Assembly (NCBI RefSeq): GCF_022045235.1
Contig: NW_027266266.1
Span: forward strand, 33,852,001-33,916,000
Direction of reading: 5' to 3'
Length of the DNA stretch: 64,000 nucleotides
DNA from: Haliotis cracherodii
Lineage: Eukaryota
The translations under genes and the position numbers were made by a program. This document shows, piece after piece, positions 24,492 through 36,500 of this stretch (its first letter is position 1; every line of letters begins with the position of its first letter). A model generated the notes under the pieces. That model was not told the DNA's origin. It saw only the letters and a program-made list of their open reading frames with translations, and searched no databases.

Positions 24492-25034
24492 CATCTTCCC
24501 GAGGCAAGGGAGTTAACTTACTATAAAAGTCCAGTTTCCAACCTTGCCGAACTAGGCTGGTATTATGGAGTTACATTTTGTCTGGACTAACGAGTCTATG
24601 CATAGTCCAATCAAAATCGCGAACCGAAATTGAAATCTGCTTCGTAAACTGTCATTAAGATTTCGGTCGATTGCAGGATTTACAAAGCATGTGAACCGCC
24701 AACTCGTTGTCAACAGATATTTTCTAAATCTTTTCAAGTTTAATAAAGGTGCTCACATGATTTGATGCACTTCGCGGTGTAAGACCCGTTTTATCACAAT
24801 ATTGATCTTGATTGTCGATCAGATCGTCTTGTCTGGGCGCCGCCTTTTTGTTTGAAACAAATGCAAGTGATGTGAGAGGTGGAATCTGATTGGTCCATAG
24901 GAGAGGCATAGAAGGGACATAACTCATAACAGCTACTGGTGGCGCTACAATCGATCCCAGGAATTCCAGCCTAGTTCGGCAAGGGTGGAAACTGGACTTT
25001 TAAAGTCAATTAACTCTCTTGACTCGGGAAGATG
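24492..25034. mobile_element. MITE with ~67-bp TIRs and 8-bp TSD (P- or hAT-like)
   Basis: CATCTTCCCGAG...CTCGGGAAGATG; CATATATA duplicated at 24484-24491 and 25035-25042. Confidence 0.9.
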
Positions 25035-26363
25035 CATATATACGGCAATCGTTGATTTCAACAGTGTTTTTCTTCATCTTGCCTTCATCTGGAATCTGGA
25101 TGACATCCATCTTGTAAAAAACCATGGTAATGGTCAAAAATATTTTTTTTAGATGATGAAAGTAGTTTCTTGTCTTTTCTGTGACATGTTTTCATTGCCT
25201 AGAAGCAATGTGTTTTGGCAAAGTCACACTTGTCCAAAAGCCCTTCATGCCGAAGTAACTCGATCCGTGAAACTTGGCGGGTCCCAGTGACCCAGATTCT
25301 CTGTTGATTGGCATGCCAAGTGTTATTTGCATAAGGCCATCCATATTTTTTGTATGTGTTTCTCCCCTTGAGCCTCAACTAACTAGAGAGTGGGCGGCTG
25401 AAAGAAAATATATTACTAAAATAATGTCTATCAATAATTGTGTAAGTTATTTTATGACATTTAAAAAAAGGTTTAAACACTTGGTACTAGAATCTAGTCT
25501 ATCAATTAATTTACAATGTAGATCAATTTGCTTTGCTTCAGAAACAAATATTTAATAAACAACTGAAGAAAGATAAAGTTGACATGGTTCTTTTATGATG
25601 GTGCACAGCGTCATCACAAGATTCCTTCCAAATACCCACCATGTGATCAGGGTCACGACCTTGGGATGAATTAATAACTTAATTTGCATTTTTAGAAAAG
25701 AAATGTTATTGTGAATACTATTATTAAAAAACATCCTGTACATGGTACTTTTTGATTGCACTGCAAATTTCATTTTTTACTTGCTAAAACTTTTTGTTTT
25801 CCCCCTTCCTGACCACGCGATCTCATAGCATGGAGAAAGTTCCAATTCAAGATGATGACATTCCAACCGTCAACAAATTGACAAGATGGTGCCTCTCTTC
25901 CCGCCTTTTCAAGTGCAACAGAGACTTTGACAAATTCACTTTGATCTTTTTTGCGTATGTTTTTCTAAAAGCTTCTCCCGAAGTCAATTATTGTTCAAAA
26001 CTGAAACATCACCACCTTGCGGGCTATTTATAGTCAGGGTGGGGTTTTAAGGCCGTTACTCTTCCATTTTCGTTCAAAATGTAATAAAGTTTGGTTTGTA
26101 TACATGTAGGACTTACTATCTCCTACGTAGGACTTGCTATCTCTTATGTAGGACTTAGTATGGCCTAGAATCACTTTCTCCTACGCAGGCTTTGCTGCCT
26201 CAATGCTCAGAGACTTTTTGTTGGCATTTAAACTGTGGACTATGTATCCAGGTGAGCTTCAGTGATTGTGGCATTATCTAGTTTCACTGCTTATTCGATA
26301 TCTCTATATGCATACCAGTTTGACACCAGAAAAGCCAATAAATTGCATTTTGTTCCTGTTTAG

Positions 26364-26511
26364 GCGGAATGACCCCATCTCTACTGTGAGACAGGCTGCT
26401 GAACTGGCACTTAGCAAGATGAATGTCGAGGAAGCCCAGAAGTGCATTCAAGTCACCAAAGTTCTGTCTGCAGAAATGTCAGCTCTCAAACCTCAGCCAA
26501 AGAAGACTTGA
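26364..26511 (+). CDS. Host gene terminal coding exon D (RNDPISTVRQAAELALSKM...KPQPKKT*)
   Basis: ttcctgtttag acceptor; phase 2 completes the Trp codon; third HEAT-like motif; TGA ends at 26511. Confidence 0.88.
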
Positions 26512-26717
26512 GTTTGCCATTGAAATCTGCCCTGGGATAAGGCAGTGAAAATATTCACTTCCATATGATTCCTGTGCTGCCTGTATGGTACCACAAGAAC
26601 TATTTCAACAATGGAACATTTTTTAATCTTTAAACCTTTCAATTAATTCACTACATGATTCCTTTTTTTTCAAGGCCTGTCATGTTTGGAATAAGTCACC
26701 CGGCATGTTTCTAGCCC

Positions 26718-27140
26718 TAAAATGTAGTTCTACCAGATTAGTATCTAATGACCTAAATGTTGTTCTACCAGATTAGTAAGTAATGACCTAAAATGTTGTT
26801 CTACCAGATTTGTATCTAATGACCTAAAATGTTGTTCTACCTGATTAGTATCTAATGACCTAAAATGTTGTTCTACCAGATTAGTATCTAATGACCTAAA
26901 ATGTTGTTCTACCTGATTAGTATCTAATGACCTAAAATGTTGTTCTACCAGATTAGTATCTAATGACCTAAAATGTTGTTCTACCAGATTAGTATCTAAT
27001 GACCTAAAATGTTGTTCTACCAGATTAGTAACTAATGACTTAAAATGTTGTTCTAGCAGATTTGTATCTAATGACCTAAAATGTTGTTCTACCTGATTAG
27101 TATCTAATGACCTAAAATGTTGTTCTACCTGATTAGTATC
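26718..27140. repeat. 36-bp minisatellite (~11.5 copies) in the putative 3' UTR
   Basis: Unit TAAAATGTTGTTCTACCAGATTAGTATCTAATGACC, no spacers. Confidence 0.95.
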
Positions 27141-27915
27141 ATGTGTTGTACTGTTGCCATGTTATAGGAAACATTCCATGATATGTATTGTGCTGTTGCC
27201 ATGTTACAGGAAACATCCCATAAGATGTGTATTGTACTGTTGCCATGTTACAGGAAACATTCCATGATATGTATTGTACTGTTGCCATATTACAGGAAAC
27301 ATTCCATGATATGTATTGTACTGTTGCCATGTTACAGGAAACATTCCATGATATGTATTGTACTGTTGCCATGTTACAGGAAACATCCCATAAGATGTAT
27401 ATTGTACTGTTGGCATGTTACAGGAAACATCCCATAATATGTGTATTGTACTGTTGCCATGTTACAGGAAACATTCCATGATATGTATTGTACTGTTGCC
27501 ATGTTACAGGAAACATTCCATGATATGTATTGTACTGTTGCCATGTTACAGGAAACATCCCATAATATGTGTATTGTACTGTTGCCATGTTACAGGAAAC
27601 ATTCCATGATATGTATTGTACTGTTGCCATGTTACAGGAAACATCCCATAATATGTGTATTGTACTGTTGCCATGTTACAGGAAACATTCCATGATATCT
27701 ATTGTACTGTTGCCATGTTACAGGAAACATTCCATGATATGTATTGTTCTGTTGCCATGTTACAGGAAACATCCCATAATATGTGTATTGTACTGTTGCC
27801 ATGTTACAGGAAACATCCCATAAGATGTATATTGTACAGTTACCATATTACAGGAAACATCCCATAAGATGTGTATTGTACTGTTGCCATGTTACAGGAA
27901 ACATCCCATGATATT
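27141..27915. repeat. 42/44-bp variant minisatellite (~18 copies)
   Basis: Unit ATGTATTGTACTGTTGCCATGTTACAGGAAACATTCCATGAT, with a 44-bp CATCCCATAA variant. Confidence 0.95.
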
Positions 27916-28339
27916 TATGGTATTGCTGCTCGGTAAGATGAGATGTTTATTGGCATTATGTCTGTGATGTCTACAGCATATTCAAGAGGGTTCTTTTGTA
28001 ACTTTTTCATAACAGTTGCATAAACGGCTTTGTCAGTAAGAGCTGGTACAAAATATTGTGCCAATAATACAGTTAAAATGATTATGCCCTGTTTACCATT
28101 TCCTTCAGTTACAAGTACACACAACCACACTTATTCATTGGAAAATGTAATATAAGTTATTGCATTATGGATAAAAGAATAATTTGTAAAGTCCGTTTGT
28201 TATTGTTCTTGATTGAAAATGTGAATATTTGGCACAAAGGCAGAAGTTATATGCTTTCACCAGTTTTTTGTTGATGACACAACAGGAACTCGGAATTGAG
28301 ATTCAGCTGTAGGATGCATTTTGGTATGTCTTTAGTATA

Positions 28340-28345
28340 AATAAA
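28340..28345 (+). promoter_or_regulatory. Candidate polyadenylation signal of the HEAT-repeat gene
   Basis: AATAAA about 1.8 kb after the stop codon, at the end of AT-rich unique sequence just before TE debris. Confidence 0.3.
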
Positions 28346-28399
28346 CATTTGAATCATGTTGTTCATTATTTAATAGCCGTTAAACAACACAGCTCACCT

Positions 28400-28830
28400 C
28401 GTAACAATCGGAAAGGAATGAGCTTTTATGGCACCTTGCTGTCTCTGTGAGGACGTGCTCAGTCATCCTGGAAGGCAAAGTTCTGATCTGAGCATTGAGC
28501 AAATGGGATGACCACAGGATGCAAAATTAGGACCATGCTGACAGGTCTTATTCCCTTGCCCAAACATCAGACACGTCCTGTTGTCTTAAGGTGATGGTAA
28601 GCCATGATGCTGCCACCAACGTACCTGTCATGCTCTTGGAGTGCTGCCTAATGGTACGTCTCTCTTGATGACCTCAAAGCGGGTGTGCCCACTGTTGTCT
28701 GAGATGCCTGTGTGCCACAGTCAGAGGCATTCTTCAGAAAGGTCAGCAAAATAGGCATCCATACAATCTTCAGCTACTGAGAACACAATGAAGGTTGAAA
28801 AAGTGTCTCTTTCGGGTTCAAAATTCACTG
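28400..28830 (-). mobile_element. Possible highly decayed Tc1-like fragment
   Basis: Weak resemblance to the antisense Tc1 coding sequence seen at 7800-8200. Confidence 0.3.
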
Positions 28831-28849
28831 AGAGACACTTGGGTGACAA

Positions 28850-30560
28850 ATCGGTATGAAAGGAGGTGCCGTCTCCTCAAGAGATGGGAGATCTCATTGC
28901 CTGTCCCACCCTCCCACAGATAAAAGGGAGCAGACGTTCCTTTCTGGTCTCAGGAACACTGACATGCTCACAGGCCTTTCAAGTGAAGTGGTTCCTGTAG
29001 GTCTGAAAGAGCCACAGAGGCCCATGCCATACCACAAGTCCCATTTATCCTGAAAGAGTTCTCAGAACCATTACCTCATCCATGACAAACTTGGATTACC
29101 AGGACACCATGCATTACTCACCCCAGCACATGTGTTTCTGCCACTAACACAGCCTCTTCCTATGATGCTGAAACCTCATACTGGCATTATGCCCCACCAA
29201 CAGGAAAGATCAGGCAATCAAGTCATTTATTGAGCGGTAGGGTTATAAAGAGCAAGTCATAAGTTTGGAAGATTGTTACACTCTACCATTCCCATCCTAT
29301 ACCATCAATGTCATCAGGTAGATTGATGTGTTTAAGAACAGGTCTGGCCATATCCTGAAGATGCAAGATCAGTGCAAGTATTGATGTCTTCCAAATCGTG
29401 CAACACCATACGCCAGCAGATCCAGGAGCCGCTGAAGAGGAATATACTTCTCCACCATCACCCTGGCTTCTATGATACAGGTACGACTGTCCGATTTTGA
29501 AAGTCAGTGAGATCTTTCCAAATGAAGATATGTCACGTGGGGATATGATTATTATTCTGCCCCAGATATATTGTCAAAACCAGAGACCAGCTACACAAAG
29601 AACAAGCAGTCCTTTTCACAGAGGCAGAGACAAGTGACTCGCATCAGGTTCAGCTTATCACTCACATCTCAAACTCATGTCGACCTTGCTTGTCGCATGA
29701 CAGCCCCGGGAGAAGTCAGGGATCGCCTCATGCAATACGCCCAAAATTCGAAGTTAATAAAGGACGACACTTGACAGCTGGAGGTTGTAAATGAAGGTAC
29801 AAGCTACCTTTCCCAGGTCTTATGGTCCATCCTGTAAAGCGCTGATTCCTTTTGGGAGGCACCAAGCTAGTCGCCACAAAATGCTTCTGGACAAAGGAGC
29901 CATCAGGGCTTTAGAAGAGTCATACATCATCCAAGGATTCTACTCAACAGTCTTCTTGGTTTCGAAATAAAATATATTGGAAATGTTAAATCTATTTGAA
30001 ATTACTCAACTAGGACTATCTAATTCATCGTCACAAGTTCCAAAAAATATTAACGAATGCCCTCAGACGAGCTGATTGGGTGATAAGCCTAGACTTTCAG
30101 GACGCCTATTTTCACGTCCTCATCCATTTAAGTTACCAAGTTAAGTTACCATTTAAGTTACCAACATTATTTACAAGTTGTAGTCAAGAAGCAGAAGAAT
30201 CCGTTCAACATTCTATCGTTCACCACATCGCCTTATCTCAATTATTTACCAGGATTTTTACCGGTTATTGCGTTTGCTCATCTAAAGCTTGAATACATGA
30301 CAACATTGAAGACTTCCTATCGGCCGGTCAGGACAAGTCGGAGATCAAAGAGAACACAGTCTGCCCCATCCAACTACTTGCACCTCACAAAGACGACGTC
30401 ACAGTACAGGGAAAACGGTTTCCTCAAAACATGAAGTTGTACAGCAACTAGCTGGAAATCAGAGCGAAAATTCAAGCTATCAAAGCTTGGCAAGTTCGGA
30501 TCCACCATTCATCAGTGCTGATCGCGAGGATTCCAGAAGTACCAGAAAGTGGAAGGTAAG
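28850..30560 (+). mobile_element. Decayed DIRS-type retroelement remnant (RT fragments)
   Basis: LLDKGAI, QGFYSTVFLVSK (~29885-29965) and ISLDFQDAYFHVLIH (30080-30130) are DIRS-type RT motifs. Confidence 0.6.
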
Positions 30561-31599
30561 TTGGCCATTTGTACCCTTGTCTACGAGAGCGTGGTCAAGA
30601 TCAGAGGCTAACTTAATCGAATCTTAAATCAAGGGGTATGAGGTTATATAAGGGTTGTACATTATAGTGTCGGATGTAACAATGTACTAGCCACCAGAAG
30701 TGACGTCATAGGAGACATCAGTACCCATTCGTCACCACTCGCCCCTTTCCGTAACCTGCAAGAAGACTCGTCCCCCTATCGATGAATGTTATGTGCGAAA
30801 ATACGACAAACCAATCAGAATGCGCGAATGATTTCAAGCTCTTCGTCAAAGAATCCCTCAGAAATAATTTTTGATTTTACATATGTCTTGCATCTATAAA
30901 TATACCAAAGACACAGTTAAATGTGTTCAATCATACTGTATAATTCCGCACGTCCCGATGTGCTTTAAATTGCATCTGAAATATACATAATAATATGAGG
31001 AAAATATGTGAACCATTGCGCAACGAGTTGACAATTGTTTTAGGTATGCCCGTTTGCGCTAAGACGGAACCCGGTCGCAAAAATGGCCACGAGAGGGGCA
31101 CGAGTCGCTATTCGGCTTGTCCCGGAATAACACGAGTTGGTCACGAATGATCAGTACCTGACAAATACGTCAAATATACGCAAATATCCCCGACAGGAAA
31201 CGGAAATGTGGGAAATGCCATGGAGTGGTTATGGATACAATTATGTTAGCCTAAAGGAGCAATAGCTAATATGTACCGGTAAAGAAGTCATAAATTATCT
31301 CAGAACCGGAAGTGACGTCAGAAGTACTCCAAAGACTACAAAAGGTAATAAAGAGACGTTATAGGAACTGTAGTGACGTCATAAAATGCCAGAACTAGAA
31401 AATCTAGAACACAATATCAGGCAATTTACTGAATATACTCTTTAAAAAAGAAAAAGATACTCGGAAATGTTTCAAAATGTTCAAAATTGTATGATATATC
31501 AGTTTTTAGTAATAGTTGTGATAATAATGAACCAATTAGGAACACATTACAACTGATAGTGAAGTATGATAGCAGATGTTATGACCACCAACGACCTTG

Positions 31600-31790
31600 A
31601 GTCGCTCAAGGCGATTTGAGGGAGTCTGTCTCTTGCGTCGCCTGGCCAACTTCAGACAACGTGGTCGGCGGCCTATGACGTTGACGCACACGTCTCCCTA
31701 TCTCCCTGACGTGTTCAGTGGACAAATTGTCTGGGCTCAATGATGGCCATGGCATTAAATGCATGACACGTGACCAGCGACGATTGCCCC
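31600..31790 (-). mobile_element. Tc1 transposase C-terminal fragment
   Basis: MPWPSLSPDNLSTEHVREIGRRVRQR. Confidence 0.65.
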
Positions 31791-31809
31791 AGTTTCGACG
31801 TTGTGTACA

Positions 31810-32102
31810 CACCGTTGACGTCTGTTGTCAGTGAGACGATTTTTGAGATTAAAAACGAAAAGATTTGGAAAATATGTGTTGACAACGAGTTGGCGGTGCA
31901 CATGCTTTGCAAATCCTGCAATCGATCGAAATCTGCACGACAGTTTACGAATCGGATTTCGCTTTCTTTGCGTGAGTGTGATTGGACTATGCATAGACAA
32001 TGTACAAAATGTACAAAATGTAACTCCATAATGCCAGCCTAGTTCGGCAAGGGTGGAAACTGGACTTTTATAGTAAGTTAACTCTCTTGCCTCGGGAAGA
32101 TG
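31810..32102. mobile_element. Half copy of the CATCTTCCCGAG MITE (inverted), followed by a SINE fragment 32103-32170
   Basis: Reverse complement of ~24492-24750. Confidence 0.85.
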
Positions 32103-32169
32103 TGGGTGGTTAGGCTCGCTGACTTGGTTGATGCATGTCATTGCGTGAATCGATGCTCAGGATGTCAAT

Positions 32170-33405
32170 CATCTCCGCCAGCTGATTCACTGTATGAAAC
32201 AGTTCTACCGCCAGAACATCTCCTCCACCAGCTGCTTCACTGCATCAAACAGTTCCACCGCCCGAACATCTCCTCCGCCAGTTGCTTCACTGCATCAAAC
32301 AGTTCCACTGCCCGAACATCTCCTCCGCCAGCTGCTTTACTGCATCAAACAGTTCCACCGCCCAAACATCTCCGCCAGCTGCTTCACTGCATCAAAAAGT
32401 TCTACCGCCCGAACATCTCCGCCAGCTGCTTCACTGCATCAGAAAGATCTACCGCCAGAACATCTCCTCCGCCAGCTGCTTCACTGCATCAAACAGTTCT
32501 ACCGCCCGAACATCTCCTCCGCCAGCTGCTTCACTGCATCAAACTGTTCTACCGCCCGAACATCTCCTCCGCCAGCTGCTTTACTGCATCAAACTGTTCT
32601 ACCGCCAGAACATCTCCTCCACCAGCTGCTTCACTGTATCAAACAGTTCTAGCGCCAGAACATCTCCTCCGCCAGCTGCTTCACTGCATCAAACAGTTCT
32701 ACCGCCCGAACATCTCCTCCGCCAGCTGCTTCACCGCATCAAACTGTTCTACCGCCAGAACATCTCCTCCGCCAGCTGCTTCACTGTATCAAACAGTTCT
32801 AGCGCCAGAACATCTCCTCCGCCAGCTGCGTCACTGCATCAAACTGTTCTACCGCCAGAACATCTCCTCCGCCAGCTGCTTCACTGCATCAAACTGTTCT
32901 ACCGCCAGAACATCTCCTCCGCCAGCTGCTTCACTGCATCAAACAGTTCTACCGCCAGAACATCTCGTCCGCCAGTTGCTTCACTGTATCAAACAGTTCT
33001 ACCGCCAGAACATCTCCTCCGACAGCTGCTTCACTGCATTAAATAGTTCTACCACCAGAACCTATCCTGCGATAGCTGCATCACTACATTAAACAGTTCC
33101 ACCTCCCGAACCTCTCCTCAGCCGGTTGCTTCACTGCAACAAACAGTTCTACTGACCGAACCTCTCCTCCAGCAGCTGCTTTACTGCATCAAACAGCTCT
33201 ACCGTCCGAACATCTCCCCCGCCAGCTGCTTCAAAGCTTCAAACAGTTCTACAGCCAGAACATCTCTGCCAGCTGCTTCACTGCATCAAACATTTCTACC
33301 GCCCGAACATCTCCTCCGCCAGCTGCTTCACTGCCCCAAACAGTTCTACCGCCAGAACATCTCCTCCGCCAGCTGCTTTACTGCATCAAACAGTTCTACC
33401 ACTCA
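32170..33405. repeat. 50-bp minisatellite (~25 copies)
   Basis: Unit CATCTCCTCCGCCAGCTGCTTCACTGCATCAAACAGTTCTACCGCCAGAA. Confidence 0.95.
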
Positions 33406-33574
33406 AAACTACAGTAGGCAACTTTGATCTGAAGTATCTTTAGATGACACTAGTGACACTACGCTAGACGATTTTATTTAATATCTGTCTGTTATCCCTC
33501 GATAAAAGCACACAAATGAAAAACAATCCTTATGATTACCAAGTTAATCCTTTCGTAGAATGGTGAATAGTGAG

Positions 33575-36500
33575 TGTTAGAGCCGAATTTTAGGTATTTG
33601 TGGTTCATTGAGAATCCTTTTAATTGGAACTTTGTTAGGGTTTGTATGTGTGCATGGATGCATGTGTTTAGTATAATTATAAGATAAAACATTAGAAACA
33701 GCCAGCCCTTGCTGCCAGTGGCCGTTTCAGGCTATTTTCCCAGGGGTTGGTGACAGCAATAGTATAATGTTGCAGCTAAGACTTTAATTGTTTTGTGTGG
33801 AGTCTTAGAGGTCGTGACCTGATCATCAGCGATAAGCATCCCACAAGAATTTCAGATATATAGCTGGACGAATGAGTGTGAGAAAGAGAGCAGAGAGTTT
33901 TAAGATACGAAAGAAGTAAGACATGTTTCTAAGAGAGTGTAAGAAGATTGTGTTAAGGGAATAGAGGACATACGGTTTTTCAACTTGTCCGAGCTACTGT
34001 CCGAGCTACTGTCCGAGCCACGGTACAAGCTATCCTGCATTTATCCTGCAACTGTGCTGCGACTGTTTATTATATTACGACTTATTCTTGGAGTGTGTGA
34101 TATGTTATTCAATCATTGTGTGGATATTCACTGAATTTATGGAATTATGGTATATGGAATTTGTGAAGTTTGAAATTAAAGACAATATTAAAGTGCTGGA
34201 TCGAGTTGAAACTTTGATATCCTCTATCTCCATTAATTAGATAATTTAAGAGTTCACATTAAAAGTTGAAAAACCCGTGAAAATCCGGATGTAAACCTAA
34301 GACTTGGACATGGAGAAGATTGTGTCTCCATTCGTGAATTGGCAACAGGATCCTGCAAAGTTCAAAACGGATTAACACAGATTGGATTAAGGACTCGAAG
34401 TCGAGGTAAGGTATTTTATTTTCTCAAGAAGTTGACATTGTGAAGTAAATGTGACTTTTATGGTTTTATCAATGCGTGATAAAAGAACTTACGGGTAATA
34501 AGACTACCTGTTCGAGTATTGAAGTGTGTGTTTATTCAGAAACAAGCAAATACAGGAGGGATTATATGTCACTGGAATCGTGTATACACCGAATTGGACT
34601 TATCACATAGGATTACGGAACTCAAGAACTGTAAGTTACATCAAATATTTCATGATTATTGGAACTGGTGTTGAACTGATTTGAAATCATGGCAAGTAGA
34701 ACATTGAGTGATGCTGTTACAAGTGACAAAGAACTGATTCATGAATCTGCAAGAAATGCTAAATCATTAATAACTGAATCAAGATTAAGAAAACAGACTG
34801 AAAAGGGCCAAAAATATGTTTTGAACATGGCACAGGATAAAATGAAATTCTTATACAAGCAGGTTTCTTCAAAGATAAAGGACATTGAGTATTTGATGAG
34901 CTCTGATGCAGATTTGGATGCCGTCAAAAATGAATTTGAAGATTGGAAGGAATTATGTGACAAGTTTCAAGAATCGGCTAAAGCTTATCATGAAAAACTT
35001 CATAGCCAATCAGCTAAAGGCGATGAAGCAACTTGGTTCCAATCAAAGTTAGGCACCTTTTCGCAGTTTGAAAGAAATGTTACCTCCTTCATTAAACATT
35101 ACAGTACGGGAGATGACATTTGACCAGAAGATAGTGTTTCTCAAGTTGGATTACCTAAGGGTTCAGTAATCTCCTCTGCCTCCTCTGCCAAAATGGAGAT
35201 CCTTGCAAAAAGGGCAGAACTTATTGCCAGACAGAAATGTTTAGAACGAAGACACCAATTAGAAGAAGAAGAAAACAGATTAAAACAAAGACGAGAAAGA
35301 TTAGAACTTGAGACAGAAGTAGAAATTGCCGATGCCCAGTATGAAATTTTTGACCAGTATGACCGAGAATCACACAGTTCTCGAAAACCATAAAGTTCAC
35401 TAAGGTCCTTCAAGCAAGTAAAGACCCGAAATAAAGATTTGAACCCAGAAGCTGAAGAATTTACCCCTATACAGAGTACAAACCTACAGGTTGGAGTCCA
35501 CAATTCAAAATTTGATGAAGTATGTAAGCAACAGAATGAGATAATCCAGCTAGTGGTAGAACACCAGAAACTGGCCACGCTACCCACTAGGAAGATTCCT
35601 GTGTTCAGTGGTGACCCACAACAGTTTAAGCCCTTCATACAAGCATTCGAGCATGGTATAGAAGATAAAACCATCAATTCAAAAGATAGGCTCTATTACT
35701 TGGATCAGTACACCAACGGTGAACCGAATGACTTGGTAAGAAGCTGCCTATTCATGAACCCTGAAAGTGGCTATGAACAAGCCAGGTCACTGTTGGATAA
35801 GAAATTTGGGAACAAGTACAAGATAGCAACAGTTTACATGGACAAAGCATTGAAATGGCCGGCTATTAAGTCAGAGGACAGCGAAGCACTTAACAGCTTT
35901 GCTGTATTCCTGACCAGCTGTGGAAATACCATGACCGATATCGACTATCTAAGAGAATTAGAACACCCAAAGAACATCAGAGAGTTGATCCAAAAGTTGC
36001 CATATAAGTTAAGAGAAAGATGGAGAACAGTTTCGTTTAATATCTTGGAAAGAAGAAATGTCACCTTTGCGGACCTTGTTGGTTTCGTAGATAAACAAGC
36101 ACAGATCTTGTCAAGTCCTTTGTTTGGCAATATCATCGACGACATCCAAGTTCAAGCAAGACCAAAGATGAAAGAAGCGCCAAAGAGATATAAGAGCTTT
36201 GCTACCGACACATCAAAGTCTGAATTAGGTCAAGAAACTGCCACCAGGGCAGCCTACCCAGTTCAACCAAAATTGATGACATCTGGTAAGCCATCTGCAA
36301 CTAGAGAAAGAACAGCCAACACGTCTAGAGCATTCATCAAGCCATGCTGGTTCTGCAATGAGGACCACACCATGGAAATGTGCAAGGGAATGCAGTGTAA
36401 GACGTTGGATGAGAAGACTGACTTCTTAAGACCAAAGGGCTTGTGTTTTGGCTGCTTACAATTTGGACATATGAGTCGCGACTGCCCCAGCAGATTGACA

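Larger units (their letters stand above)
23410..26284. mobile_element. Probable old Helentron-like element with nested insertions
   Basis: 5' TTTTTAGGTTACCTGA...GTGAGCTTATG and 3' CAGGTGAGC...CTAGTTT resemble HINE termini. Confidence 0.35.

Noticed and set aside
26718-27140. CRISPR-like 36-bp partially palindromic repeats
   Set aside because: Units are head-to-tail with no spacers, there are no cas genes, and the context is eukaryotic.
27139-27867. Many overlapping Cys/Met-rich ORFs
   Set aside because: Translations of the 42/44-bp array.
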